Positions 47,092 to 57,224 of a DNA stretch of 64,000 nucleotides are shown piece after piece. The first letter of the stretch is position 1. Each line of letters starts with the position of its first letter. The stretch spans positions 1,408,001 to 1,472,000 of the forward strand of contig CBDCOX010000002.1 of the NCBI GenBank assembly GCA_965219995.1. Direction: 5' to 3'. The DNA comes from Candidatus Latescibacterota bacterium (lineage in GTDB: Bacteria > Latescibacterota > UBA2968 > GCA-2709665). The translations under genes were made by a program, and so were the position numbers. The notes under the pieces are model-generated. The model made no database searches. It was not told the origin of the DNA and was given only the letters and a program-made list of their open reading frames with translations.

Positions 47092-47949
47092 TCAAAGTAC
47101 CATCTTCTTCTCGGCCGGTTCCAGGTTATCGTAATTCCAGAGTTGCCTGCCCGCAACGACCTTTTTCAGGTTGCCGACGCCATTGGGGGCCTCGAGGCCA
47201 TACAGCTGCAACTTTCGGTCCAGCCAGGCCACCTCGAGGTCCGTCAGCTCCGCACGCACGGCGTCCACGCCCAGCGACGCGATCCGCCCGCCCACGTAGA
47301 TCGTCCCGTCGTACATGGAATCTCCGAGATTCTCATCGGCGTCCCCCAGCACGATTATCCGACCGCGCTGCATCATGAATCCGGAGAGCATGCCGGTGCG
47401 TCCGGCCACCAGGATCGTGCCACCCTTCATGTTGATTCCCGTCCGCCCGCCGACGTCTCCCCTGCACACCAGGTCCCCGCCCCGCAGCGCCGCGCCGAAA
47501 GACGATCCGGCGTTCTTCTCCACAACCACGGTACCCGCCATCATATTTTCCGCGCACGACCAGCCCACGCGTCCCCGGATCCTCACGTTCGGCCCGTCGA
47601 TGAGTCCCACGGCGAAATACCCGAGAGACCCTTCGAAGTCCAGCTTCAGCCGGTTCAGAATCCCTGAACCGAGCGAGTGCTTTGCGTTCGGGTTCTGCAC
47701 GACGACGTGGCCGTAACCCCCTTCCATCAACTGCCGGATCTTCCGATTCACGTCCCGGATGGACATCGGCCCCGCGTCGAACGCCGCGCGCCTTTCGAAG
47801 TCCACCCGCAGCGACCCCGGGTACACGAAGTCATCTCCGGCCTCGGCGCGGAAGAATACCCGGTTCGTCCGGTCCGCCAGCGGCTCGTCGTGCAGCCCCA
47901 TCGCGTAGGACCGGTGCGTCTTATCGCCGCCCGCTTCTAATTTCGCCAT
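47092..47949 (-). CDS. GXGXG (GltB/FwdC C-terminal) protein, second MgsB/GlxC-like paralog with N-terminal extension
   Basis: NPNAKHSLG, GSLGYF, AENMMAG, MKGG, GFMMQRG, GDSMYDG, LWNYD. Confidence 0.85.
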   Translation of the reverse strand: MAKLEAGGDKTHRSYAMGLHDEPLADRTNRVFFRAEAGDDFVYPGSLRVDFERRAAFDAGPMSIRDVNRKIRQLMEGGYGHVVVQNPNAKHSLGSGILNRLKLDFEGSLGYFAVGLIDGPNVRIRGRVGWSCAENMMAGTVVVEKNAGSSFGAALRGGDLVCRGDVGGRTGINMKGGTILVAGRTGMLSGFMMQRGRIIVLGDADENLGDSMYDGTIYVGGRIASLGVDAVRAELTDLEVAWLDRKLQLYGLEAPNGVGNLKKVVAGRQLWNYDNLEPAEKKMVL

Positions 47950-48872
47950 ACCCGAACTTCTCCCGCGTAGGGGTCCACGGTCTCGATTTCCTGGGGCAGG
48001 ACCGTCCGGATCGCGACTTCCTCGGAGGCGAGCAGGGTTTCCCTCTCGCCTTCGTAGAGCACCATCGGCTTGGCCGCCATGGTGTCTTTGGCCATGCCCA
48101 AGCTGTCGGTTGTCGCGACCAGATACGTAAACACACCGTCCAGATCCTGTACGGACCGCACCATCGCATCCTCCAGCGAAACCGAGCGATTGAGACTGTC
48201 TGCAATATACACCGCGATCAGTTCAGAATCGCAGTCCGATACAAAGCGGTGTCCGCGACGCTCGAGGTCGCGGCGCATGGACCAGTAATTGGTCAACTGG
48301 CCGTTATGTACGACCGCGATGTCTCCGAACGGATACGCCCAGTAGGGGTGCGCGGAACGGATGTCCACGTCGGACTCGGTGGCCATGCGGACGTGTCCGA
48401 TGGCGTGGGTGCCCACGAAAGAGCCCATCCCGTACTGCCCGCATACCTCGTTGGCGTCGCCGAGGTCCTTGACGAGTTCCAGCGCGCTGCCGATCGACAG
48501 GATTTCCACGCCCTCCACGTCTTCGATGAAATCCGCGAAACGGCGCAGGTCCCCGTCGAATCTGACGCGGTACAGGAACGCGTACTCCGTGGGCTGCTCG
48601 GCCTTGAGGATCTCGCCCCCGAGCGACCCGATCCGCTCATCCACCTCCGCCCTGCGCCGCGCGATCCGGTCCTGGATTTCGAACCCGGACCCCAGGTCTT
48701 CCTTCTCGGCCGCCTTGAAGCGCATCGCCAGCACGCCGGCGGCCGGCTCGCCGTACACCGCAAACCCCGTGGAGTCCGGACCCCGGTGCTTCATCGCCTG
48801 AAGCATCATGGTCATCTCGTTCCCGATGCGGCCTGTCTTGTTCCGGTGGATAATCCCCGCGATCCCGCACAT
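47937..48872 (-). CDS. Class II glutamine amidotransferase, second MgsA/GlxB-like paralog
   Basis: N-terminal MCGIAG (start 48872), RGPDSTG, GHVRMATES, HNGQLTNY, DSE. Confidence 0.88.
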   Translation of the reverse strand: MCGIAGIIHRNKTGRIGNEMTMMLQAMKHRGPDSTGFAVYGEPAAGVLAMRFKAAEKEDLGSGFEIQDRIARRRAEVDERIGSLGGEILKAEQPTEYAFLYRVRFDGDLRRFADFIEDVEGVEILSIGSALELVKDLGDANEVCGQYGMGSFVGTHAIGHVRMATESDVDIRSAHPYWAYPFGDIAVVHNGQLTNYWSMRRDLERRGHRFVSDCDSELIAVYIADSLNRSVSLEDAMVRSVQDLDGVFTYLVATTDSLGMAKDTMAAKPMVLYEGERETLLASEEVAIRTVLPQEIETVDPYAGEVRVWRN

Positions 48873-48894
48873 ATTCACCTCGCTCCTGCCACAC

Positions 48895-50376
48895 CTATGG
48901 CAGACAATCCCAGTAGGTCTCCAGGTCCCAGTCGCTCACCGTTGCAAGAAACCGCTCCCACTCGTCGCGCTTGTAATGCATGTACACGTCGTACATCTCG
49001 CCCGGAAGCGAAGACCGGATCACCTCGTCCCGCGCCAGTTCGTCCAGCGCATCGCCGAGCGTGGTGGGCAGCTTTGTGACCTCTTTCCCCTCTTCAATCG
49101 CCTCGTAGATATTGCGGTGCTCCGGTTCGCCGGGATCGATGTCCCGCCGGATTCCGTCGTCGAACGCTTTCAGCAGCGCGCCCGCCATCAGGTAGGGGTT
49201 CACCATCGCGTCCACGGCCCGGTATTCAAACCGCCCCGGTCCGGACACCCGGAGCCCGCACGTACGGTTCTGGTACCCCCAGTCGGAATAGACAGGCGCC
49301 CAGAATCCCGTCTCCCAAAGTCGCCGGTAGGAGTTCACGGTGGAACACCCGATGGCCGTCAGCGCGGGCAGGTGTTCGATCACGCCGCCGATGCACTGCA
49401 GTCCGGTGGGCGCCGGCTCCCGTCTGCCCGGGAGGGGCATGAACAGATTCGCTCCGCCCTCCCGGTGCGTGAAGACGTCATCCATTCCCGGCAGTGATTC
49501 GTTTCCGAGCGGCTTCAGGACGTCCTCTCCACCGCGCCACAGAGAAAGATTGTGGTGGCACCCCGACGCCGAGACGCCCATGAAGGGCTTGCACATGAAA
49601 CACGCGATCAGGTCGTGCTCCCGGGCGACCTGCGCGCAGATCTGGCGGTACGTCGTGAGCCGGTCGCAGGTGGCCAGCGCATCGTCGAACGTAAAGTTCA
49701 GCTCCAGTTGTCCGGGCGCGTCTTCGTGGTCTCCCTGAATCATATCCAGTCCCATCGCACGGCCGTATTCGATCACTTTCATGACCACCGGCCGGAGGGA
49801 CTCGAACTGATCGATGTGGTAGCAGTAGGGTTTGCTGAAACCGTCCGCGGGTTTGCCGTCGGGTCCCTTCTGCAGCCACATCATCTCCGGTTCGGCGCCG
49901 TGGCGCATTTGCATTCCGTCGTGGTCCTGCGCGAATTGCGCGTGGATGCGCCGGAGGTTGCCCCTGCAGTCCGCGGTAAGACAGCCGCCGGGATTTTCCA
50001 ACTCGTCCCGGTTGCGGAAGAGCGTACAGAAGACCCGCGCCAGCCGCTTGTCCCACGGCAACTGCACGAAGGTCTCCGGATCCGGAATCCCGACGAGTTC
50101 CGACGCCTCGGGACCGTACCCGATATAGTTGTCGTACCGGTCCATGAACAGGTTGGCCGTTGCGCCGTACACCAGCTGGAACCCGCGTTCGGCGGTCCGC
50201 TCCCAGTGGTCCGCCGGAATGCCTTTGCCCACCACCCGGCCCGTCACTGAAACAAACTGGTAGTAGATATAGGTGATGCCAAGCGCGTCGATCTTTTCGC
50301 GTACCTCATCCACCCGCTCGGCCCGACCGTCTGCCCCCACATAGGCTTCAAGATCCGATGTGGCCTGATTCGACAT
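48895..50376 (-). CDS. Glutamine synthetase-like gamma-glutamyl-amine ligase (GmaS/GlnT-like, divergent)
   Basis: GAEPE, DHEDAPGQLE, KPF..SGCH, NSYRRL..WAP, NRT..R, EYRAVD; start ATG 50376. Confidence 0.85.
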   Translation of the reverse strand: MSNQATSDLEAYVGADGRAERVDEVREKIDALGITYIYYQFVSVTGRVVGKGIPADHWERTAERGFQLVYGATANLFMDRYDNYIGYGPEASELVGIPDPETFVQLPWDKRLARVFCTLFRNRDELENPGGCLTADCRGNLRRIHAQFAQDHDGMQMRHGAEPEMMWLQKGPDGKPADGFSKPYCYHIDQFESLRPVVMKVIEYGRAMGLDMIQGDHEDAPGQLELNFTFDDALATCDRLTTYRQICAQVAREHDLIACFMCKPFMGVSASGCHHNLSLWRGGEDVLKPLGNESLPGMDDVFTHREGGANLFMPLPGRREPAPTGLQCIGGVIEHLPALTAIGCSTVNSYRRLWETGFWAPVYSDWGYQNRTCGLRVSGPGRFEYRAVDAMVNPYLMAGALLKAFDDGIRRDIDPGEPEHRNIYEAIEEGKEVTKLPTTLGDALDELARDEVIRSSLPGEMYDVYMHYKRDEWERFLATVSDWDLETYWDCLP

Positions 50377-50422
50377 AGACGACCCTTTCTCTTTCAAATA
50401 GGCGTTTCCTGTCCGCGGATTC

Positions 50423-51103
50423 CTACCGGGACTCGAGGGCGCGGATCGCGCCCAGGCCGACCGGTGCGATCTGCAAATCGGCGCCGGCCTCCATGAGGGT
50501 CTCCCAAAGATACACAGCCAGCGACCTCGCCCCGAGGACCGAATAGGCCCGTAAATCGTCAATGTCGCGACGAATGACCAGTTGCGTGGTCCTGGCGACG
50601 CTGGTCTGCTTCGCGGCGCCGTCGGGAAACGCGCCGTCCGCGAAGTCCAGACCGCACGCCCGGCTCATCAGCGTCGAAGCGGACGTCCCCAGCACCCGGA
50701 TTTCGGACCAGGCATGGGTCAGATTCGTTACCGTAACGAACCTGGCGGACGCCCGCTCCATCAGTCTTCTGCGAACCGCGATGTCCCGACCGGGGGACGT
50801 GCTTACGAAGAAACAGTCGTCACGAAGGCGGTATACGCGTTCGGAATCCACCGGCACCCGGCTTCCGATTGCCACCGGCTGTGATCCCCAGACCGATCCC
50901 GCTTCCTCTCCCTCGACCATGATCTTGCCGTTGGCCGTCTCATCCGCAAGCGCCACGCCCCGCCTGGCCGCGGACGTTTCCGCTTCCGGCGTGGAGTACG
51001 CCTCCGGAATCCGCCAACCGGATGATTCCGTGAATTGCGCCCCGAGGTCCCGCGCCGTTTCGTGAAGCGGCGACAATTTCACCGGCGCCGACGATCGGTT
51101 CAC
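50423..51103 (-). CDS. soxG: Sarcosine oxidase gamma-like / GcvT N-terminal domain subunit (MgdD-like)
   Basis: GTG start overlaps the upstream TGA; SPLH..GA.F..GW, CGLDF..F, RSLAVYLW. Confidence 0.75.
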   Translation of the reverse strand: MNRSSAPVKLSPLHETARDLGAQFTESSGWRIPEAYSTPEAETSAARRGVALADETANGKIMVEGEEAGSVWGSQPVAIGSRVPVDSERVYRLRDDCFFVSTSPGRDIAVRRRLMERASARFVTVTNLTHAWSEIRVLGTSASTLMSRACGLDFADGAFPDGAAKQTSVARTTQLVIRRDIDDLRAYSVLGARSLAVYLWETLMEAGADLQIAPVGLGAIRALESR

Positions 51104-54024
51104 GTCTGCAACCTTTCTCCGCCGGGGTCGTAGAAGGGCCCGTGGTGAACATACGCGTCTTCGAGCTCGCCGTTTCTGCGAATCTGAAACGGTGTACCGG
51201 CTTTCGCCGCCACGTTCGCGGGCAGCCAGCACAGGCCGATGGTCTCTCCGAGCGCCGGACTGAAACGGCACGACGTCAACCAGCCGATGATCTCCTGTTT
51301 TCCGTTCCCGTCCCGGCGCACCGCCTGCAGGCCTTCTTCCGGCACGAGGTCAGGCCGCGCCATCCTGAAGCCCACCAGCCGCTGCGACGTCCCCCGTTCC
51401 GACATCCTGGTCAACATGGGCTTGCCCAAAAAATCCCGTTTGTCCAACTTCACGGCCCATTCCATATTCGCGGAATACGGATCGGTCAGTGCGTCGGTGT
51501 CCTGACCGACGATGATATGCGCCTTCTCCAGGCGGAGCACACGCTGGGCTTCCACGCCGAACGGCGCGATGTCGAATTCCTTCCCCGCAGCCATCAGCGC
51601 CTGCCACACGTGGAGGCCATAGGACGCGGGGCAGTGGATTTCGTAGGAAAGCTCGCCGGTAAATCCGATACGCAGGACCCGGCAAAGCACCCCGGCGACC
51701 CGTGTCGACCGGACGCGCATGTACGGGAATTTCCGATGGCTCAGGTCCCGGTCCGTGAGAAGCTGAAGCACCTCCCTGGACCTCGGTCCCGCCAGGTTGA
51801 ACGCCGCGTTGGCATCGGTGAGGTTGACCGCGTGCACCCCGTCACCCCAGCCCGACTGTGACCACCATTGAATCCATTCGAACACCGTTGTCGCGCCCGT
51901 GGACGTGGTGCTCATATACCATTCGTTTTCCTGTATGCGGGCGCACACGCCGTCGTCGATCACCACGCCTTCGTCGTTGCACATCACGCCGTACCGGACG
52001 CGGCCGACGCCCAGCCTGCGCCACTGGTTGATGTACAGCTTCTCCAGCAATTCAGGCACGCCGGGCCCGGTCAGCTGGATCTTGCCCAGCGTACTCACGT
52101 CCATCAGGCCCACCCGCTCGCGCACGGCCTTCACTTCGGCGACAGCATCTCCATAGTCTTCCGGCCGCAGCCAGAGGCCCGCCACCATCATCCTGGCGCC
52201 CCGGTCCAGATGCCACTGATGCGCGGGAGACACCTGAACGGGCTCCATGTTCTGCCCGGCCAACGCGCCCAGCGTTACCGGCGCCACGGGCGGTCGTGAC
52301 GTGGTTTTTCCGGTCTCCTGCACATTCTCGCCGTTCGCGCGGGCACAAAGGTGCACCGTATTCATGGAGCACATCCTGCCCTGGCACGGACCCATCGAAA
52401 TGGTGCTGTACCGCTTCAGCAGTTCGAGACTGTCGTACCCCTCGACGATTGCCGTCTGCAAATCCACGTCGGTGACGTCTTCACAATAGCAGAGAAACCT
52501 CTTCTTCCTGCCCGGAACGATCGTACGTGCAGACGTCCGCACCGGCTCACCGGCCTTCCGGAAATGCAGGTCGGAGACCTCGGACGCGGCGGGTCCGTCC
52601 CCGAGGCCCAGGAAGGCCGCGGCGCTCCTTCCGGCGATCCGCCCGTCTTCCATGGCGCAGGCGGCCGTGCCGGCGCCCGCGGCGCGGCCCGCCAAGAACA
52701 TGCCTTCGGGCGCGTCCGCCGCCCGCGGTTCCGAACGTTGCTCGTCGTAAGCGGACTCGCCGCCCGCCATGTGGAACAACGCCAGGTCCGGCGTCCAGCC
52801 CACGCTGACAACGATCAGGTCGCAAGGCACGTTTCGCGCCGCGGACCGATCCGCCTCTCCCAACGGATCGATCCGGGCGATCCGGGCGGCCTGAACGCGC
52901 TTTGAACCGACGGCCTCCAGAATCGTATGCCGGAAATACGCGGGCACGCCCCGGGAAATCAACGCTTGAGCGGCCGTACTCGAACACGAGTGGCGTTCAT
53001 CCACGACCGCGGCGACTTCAACGTTCGCCTCCGCCAGCTCCGCGGCCACGTCCCACCCATCGTCATTCGCGGTGACGACCAGGGCCCTCTCGCCCGGCTT
53101 CACGCCGTAAAGATGGACCAGGCGCTGAACGGCGCTGCCCAGCATCACCCCGGGGAGGTCGTTGTGGTCGAACAGCAGCGGCGTCTCGATGGCGCCCGCC
53201 GCAACAATCACGGACTTCGCCCGTATCTTGAACAGCCGCGAACCCTTCACCGCGGCCAGCCAGTTGTCCTGGTACCAGCCCAGGACGGCCGCATCCGTGA
53301 AGATGTCGATATCCGGACGGCTCGCCACCGAAGCCTGCAACTCCTCCAGGGTACCGGCCCGGGAAGGCGAGAAGCGCAGCCGGCCGCCCAGAGACGGCTC
53401 GACGTCGAAAAGCGCGACGCCTGCGCCCTGCTCCGATGCCGCAACGGCCGCGGCCATCCCCGACGGTCCGCCGCCGACCACCGCCACGTCGGCGTGCAGG
53501 TACTCTTTGTCGAACGCGCCGGGCCGCGACGCGAGGTCCACTTTGCCCAGCCCCGCCGCGCGGCGCAGCACGTGCTCGTAGGACGGCCAGAGCGCGGCAG
53601 GCCGGATAAAGGTCTTGTAGTAGAAACCCACCGGCATCAGCGGCGCGGCCAGCTGCGTGAGTGAAAGCAGATCGCGGTCCAGTGACGGCTGCGCGTTCTG
53701 GGAACAAACGGCCATTCCCGTTTCGACGCGGCGCGTGCACGCCCGGACGTTCGGCTCGTCGCCTATCTGGACCAGGCAGTTCGGACATTGACCCGCGCAG
53801 CACATCAGACCTCTGGGCCGGTGATACTTGAACGACCGGCTGAAGACGCGCACCCCGGAGGCGGCCAATGCCGATGCAATCGTGTCGCCCCGGTATCCGG
53901 CATAGTCCCGTCCGTCGAAGGTAAACGCCACCCGGGACCCGCGATCGATCACCTCGCCGTTGCGCGGCGTGAGCCTGTGGGCATCCGTACCTGAACCGGC
54001 CTGAAGGGTCGTTTCAGTCGCCAT
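51100..54024 (-). CDS. soxA: Sarcosine oxidase alpha-like subunit (MgdC-like)
   Basis: GDTIASAL..RSFKYHRPRG, GFYYKTF, VGGGPSG, LKRYST, DVSTLGK, RIGFTGELSYE, LRLEKAH, PFYDP. Confidence 0.9.
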   Translation of the reverse strand: MATETTLQAGSGTDAHRLTPRNGEVIDRGSRVAFTFDGRDYAGYRGDTIASALAASGVRVFSRSFKYHRPRGLMCCAGQCPNCLVQIGDEPNVRACTRRVETGMAVCSQNAQPSLDRDLLSLTQLAAPLMPVGFYYKTFIRPAALWPSYEHVLRRAAGLGKVDLASRPGAFDKEYLHADVAVVGGGPSGMAAAVAASEQGAGVALFDVEPSLGGRLRFSPSRAGTLEELQASVASRPDIDIFTDAAVLGWYQDNWLAAVKGSRLFKIRAKSVIVAAGAIETPLLFDHNDLPGVMLGSAVQRLVHLYGVKPGERALVVTANDDGWDVAAELAEANVEVAAVVDERHSCSSTAAQALISRGVPAYFRHTILEAVGSKRVQAARIARIDPLGEADRSAARNVPCDLIVVSVGWTPDLALFHMAGGESAYDEQRSEPRAADAPEGMFLAGRAAGAGTAACAMEDGRIAGRSAAAFLGLGDGPAASEVSDLHFRKAGEPVRTSARTIVPGRKKRFLCYCEDVTDVDLQTAIVEGYDSLELLKRYSTISMGPCQGRMCSMNTVHLCARANGENVQETGKTTSRPPVAPVTLGALAGQNMEPVQVSPAHQWHLDRGARMMVAGLWLRPEDYGDAVAEVKAVRERVGLMDVSTLGKIQLTGPGVPELLEKLYINQWRRLGVGRVRYGVMCNDEGVVIDDGVCARIQENEWYMSTTSTGATTVFEWIQWWSQSGWGDGVHAVNLTDANAAFNLAGPRSREVLQLLTDRDLSHRKFPYMRVRSTRVAGVLCRVLRIGFTGELSYEIHCPASYGLHVWQALMAAGKEFDIAPFGVEAQRVLRLEKAHIIVGQDTDALTDPYSANMEWAVKLDKRDFLGKPMLTRMSERGTSQRLVGFRMARPDLVPEEGLQAVRRDGNGKQEIIGWLTSCRFSPALGETIGLCWLPANVAAKAGTPFQIRRNGELEDAYVHHGPFYDPGGERLQT

Positions 54025-54304
54025 CGACGCCCTCACCGGCCTCGTCTGCCTGCCAGACGTACGTCTTCAGGACTTCCTGCGTCTTCGTATGCCGTTCCGC
54101 CAGAAACCACAGGCCGCACCCCGCCTGGTGATACCACCACGCCTTCTCCACGCCCAGCCTGTTGTCGCGCAAATAGAGATACGCGGCCAGTTCCGCGTCG
54201 CCGCAACCGTCGGGGTCCAGAGGCCGGGGATTGTATTCACCACCGAAGCGGAACTCGCTGACGTTGCGTTCGCCGCAATTCGGACAGGATAGGATCAACA
54301 TCAA
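54014..54304 (-). CDS. soxD: Sarcosine oxidase delta-like subunit (MgdB-like)
   Basis: CPNCGER..EFRFGG, YLYLRDN, W.H..GC..W...R.T.T. Confidence 0.9.
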   Translation of the reverse strand: MMLILSCPNCGERNVSEFRFGGEYNPRPLDPDGCGDAELAAYLYLRDNRLGVEKAWWYHQAGCGLWFLAERHTKTQEVLKTYVWQADEAGEGVDGD

Positions 54305-54373
54305 ACGCTCAGATTCCGGGTCCGCGCGGAGTCCTGCATTGCCGCAAGGCCGACCCTGTTCGCTACGGTGCCG

Positions 54374-55612
54374 TCAATGACCCACCGACGCCGCGCCCTT
54401 TTCGCCGACCAGGTCGAATTCCTCGAACCTGGACAGCCGGAAGGGATGAATCAGATCCGGGGTGCGTTCGCGGGCGATCAATTCGGCCATGGTGCGGCCG
54501 CAGATGGGGGAGGCCTTGAAGCCGTAGGTGCCCCAACCCACGTCCACGAGAAAGCCACGCACCGGCGTAAAGCCCATTATCGGGCTGTAATCGGGTGTCA
54601 TATCGCACAGCCCCGCCCACTGGCGCAACACCCGCACCTTGCTCAAAAACGGAAACAGCTCCAGCATGTGCCCGGCAATGCTTTCCATAAACGCCAGCGA
54701 AGAATCCATCGAATAGGAAGTATAGGGATCCACGCTCGCGCCCATCACCAGTTCGCCCCGATCGGACTGGCTTACGTACACGTGCAGACTGCCCGACACG
54801 ATGACCACGTCCAGAAACGGCTTCAGGGGTTCCGTAACGCACGCCTGCAGCGGAAAGGTGGTCAGCGGCAGGCGAACGCCCGCCATATCGGCGATGGTCG
54901 ACCCCCATCCCGCCGTCGCGTTCAACACCGTACAGGTCTTGATGTATCCCCCCGTCGTTTCCACGCCGACCACGCAATCGCCCCGCACGTCGATCCCGGT
55001 TACCGCGGTCTGCTGGTGGATGTGCACCCCCCGCCGGTCGGCCTGGTGGGCATAGCCCCATACGACGGCGTCGTGACGGACGATGCCTCCGGGAGGATGG
55101 TACAGCGCGGCCAGAATCGGGTAGCGGGGATGGTCGCTGACGTCGATGCCCGGGCACAGCCTCTCGATTTCATCGGGCCATATCAGCTCCGACACGACGC
55201 CCTGAAGCTTGTTCACCTCCGCCCGCCGGCGCATGGTGCGCACCGCCCCGTCGGTATGCGCCAGCGTGAGGTGCCCGCGCTGGCTGAACATGACGTTGAA
55301 GTCCAGCTCCGTCGCCATCTGCTCGTACAGCCGCACGCTTTCGTCGTAGAAGCGCACGCCCTCGGGGGTCAGGTAATTGCTTCGGATAATGGCGGTATTC
55401 CGCCCGCTCCCTCCGGAACCGATGTACCCCCGTTCAATGATGGCGACGTCCGTGATGCCGTGTTCCACGGCCAGATAGTAGGCGCAGGCCAGCCCGTGGG
55501 CGCCCCCGCCCACGATCACCACGTCGTAACTGTCCCTGACCGGACGGGACCGCCACATCCTGGGCAGGAGCCCGTTCCCGTTCAGCGCCTGGCGGATCAG
55601 CTTGAACGACAC
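54374..55612 (-). CDS. soxB: Sarcosine oxidase beta-like subunit (MgdA-like)
   Basis: GGGAHGLA, GRNTAIIRSNY, RHDAVVWG (flavinylation His), GWGTYGFKA, EKGAASVGH. Confidence 0.92.
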   Translation of the reverse strand: MSFKLIRQALNGNGLLPRMWRSRPVRDSYDVVIVGGGAHGLACAYYLAVEHGITDVAIIERGYIGSGGSGRNTAIIRSNYLTPEGVRFYDESVRLYEQMATELDFNVMFSQRGHLTLAHTDGAVRTMRRRAEVNKLQGVVSELIWPDEIERLCPGIDVSDHPRYPILAALYHPPGGIVRHDAVVWGYAHQADRRGVHIHQQTAVTGIDVRGDCVVGVETTGGYIKTCTVLNATAGWGSTIADMAGVRLPLTTFPLQACVTEPLKPFLDVVIVSGSLHVYVSQSDRGELVMGASVDPYTSYSMDSSLAFMESIAGHMLELFPFLSKVRVLRQWAGLCDMTPDYSPIMGFTPVRGFLVDVGWGTYGFKASPICGRTMAELIARERTPDLIHPFRLSRFEEFDLVGEKGAASVGH

Positions 55613-55662
55613 GTCACGGTCCTCGATAATCCCGTCCCCAGGACGGGCGGTACGTCAGTCTG

Positions 55663-57006
55663 TCACCAGCCCGGCCCACCCCCGGCGACACGGTTCGTCC
55701 CGACCAGCGGGAGATTGCAGATCATGGACGCTTCCGAAGTCAGCGCGCGCATGTCTTCCGGCTCCAGGTCGTGTACGTCGGCCTTGCCGCACGCCCTCGC
55801 CAGAATCTGGATTTCCGACGTCATGGCCTGCAGCAGGTTGGCCACGCGCTCGGCTGCTTCGTCCACGTGGAGCCTCGCCATCAGATCGGGGTCCTGCGTG
55901 GTTATTCCCACCGGACAGCGACCGGTATGGCAGTGATGGCAGCGATACGGCTCCGCGCCCAGCGCCCGATAGTCCTCCACGTGAATCGGTTTGTTGCAGT
56001 TCAATGCCATCAGTGCCGCCGTGCCGATGTATACCGCGTCGGCGCCCAGCGCCATGGCCTTGGCGGCGTCCACGCCGTTCCGGATGCCACCCGCGATGAT
56101 CAGCTGGACCTTTCCGTACATGCCGATATCTTCGAGCGCCGCTCGTGCCTCACATACCGCCGCCAGCGTGGGAATGCCCGTATGCTCCTGGCAGATTTCC
56201 GCGGACGCCCCGGTGCCGCCCTCCATGCCGTCCACCACGATCACGTCGGCCCCGGCCTTGGCCGCCAGGCGGACGTCGTCGAATACCCGCGTGGCGCCCA
56301 TCTTGACGAAAATCGGGACCTGCCAGTCCGTGGCCTCGCGCAGCTCCTCGATCTTGATGATCATATCGTCCGGACCCAGGAAATCCGGGTGCCGCGCCGG
56401 ACTCCGCTGGTCCACGCCGAGGGGCAGGTCCCTCTGCGACGCCACGTCGCCGAGCACCTTGGCGCCCAAAAGCAATCCCCCCGTGCCGGGCTTGGCGCCC
56501 TGTCCGATGGTGAGTTCGATCCCGTCGGCAACCCGGAGGTCGTGCACGTTGATCCCGTACCGGGACGGCAGTACCTCGTAGACCAGCACTTTGCTTTCTT
56601 CCCGCTCCGCCTTCAACATCCCGCCGTCGCCGGTTGTATTGGAGGACCCGACCATGTTGGCGCCGCGAGCCAGCGCCACCTTGGCATTATAGGACAGCGC
56701 GCCCCAACTCATGCCGGTGATCATGATGGGCGTATCCAGCACGATGGGCTTTTCGGCGTAACGACCGCCGAGAACCGTCTCCGCCGAGCAGCGCTCCCGG
56801 TATCCTTCCAGCGGAATTCGCGTCAACGTGCAGGGTATGAAGGTCAGGTCGTCGAACGTGGGCCACCGCCGCTCCCGCAGTGTGCCGAACCCCCGGATCC
56901 GATAACGGCCCAGTTCGGCCTTGACCTGGATGTCTTCGATGACGGCGGGCGTGAACGTACCGCTGGCCTGCACCGGATGAAAGCTCCCGTTTTGATCTTC
57001 CACCAT
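55663..57006 (-). CDS. mgsC: FMN-binding glutamate synthase family protein (MgsC/GlxD)
   Basis: PLEGYRERC, GMSWGALS, TTGDGGM, GQGAKPG.GG.LLG, RSPARHPD, CHHCHTGRCPVG; start ATG 57006. Confidence 0.88.
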   Translation of the reverse strand: MVEDQNGSFHPVQASGTFTPAVIEDIQVKAELGRYRIRGFGTLRERRWPTFDDLTFIPCTLTRIPLEGYRERCSAETVLGGRYAEKPIVLDTPIMITGMSWGALSYNAKVALARGANMVGSSNTTGDGGMLKAEREESKVLVYEVLPSRYGINVHDLRVADGIELTIGQGAKPGTGGLLLGAKVLGDVASQRDLPLGVDQRSPARHPDFLGPDDMIIKIEELREATDWQVPIFVKMGATRVFDDVRLAAKAGADVIVVDGMEGGTGASAEICQEHTGIPTLAAVCEARAALEDIGMYGKVQLIIAGGIRNGVDAAKAMALGADAVYIGTAALMALNCNKPIHVEDYRALGAEPYRCHHCHTGRCPVGITTQDPDLMARLHVDEAAERVANLLQAMTSEIQILARACGKADVHDLEPEDMRALTSEASMICNLPLVGTNRVAGGGPGW

Positions 57007-57224
57007 TGTCGCCCTGTTCGGGTTTAATCTTGATGCGTCATTTTTCTGTGACGTTAAGTCGAATATACGCAAGTCTGTGAAGGCGATTTGAAGTCGGATT
57101 TCCAGGAACCTTCAGGTCACTTGACGTCAACGGAAAAAATGTCCTTCCGGAGGACCCTGATGCCCCGTTTCGGAAGTCTTCTCCACAGTGTCGGCTTGCT
57201 GGATTCTTCGATTCAAGGCAATTT

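Noticed and set aside
48895-57006. Annotation as ordinary glutamine synthetase / glutamate synthase (GS-GOGAT)
   Set aside because: Split GltB-like domains, the Trp flap in the GS-like protein and the adjacent soxBDAG-like genes indicate the N-methylglutamate type
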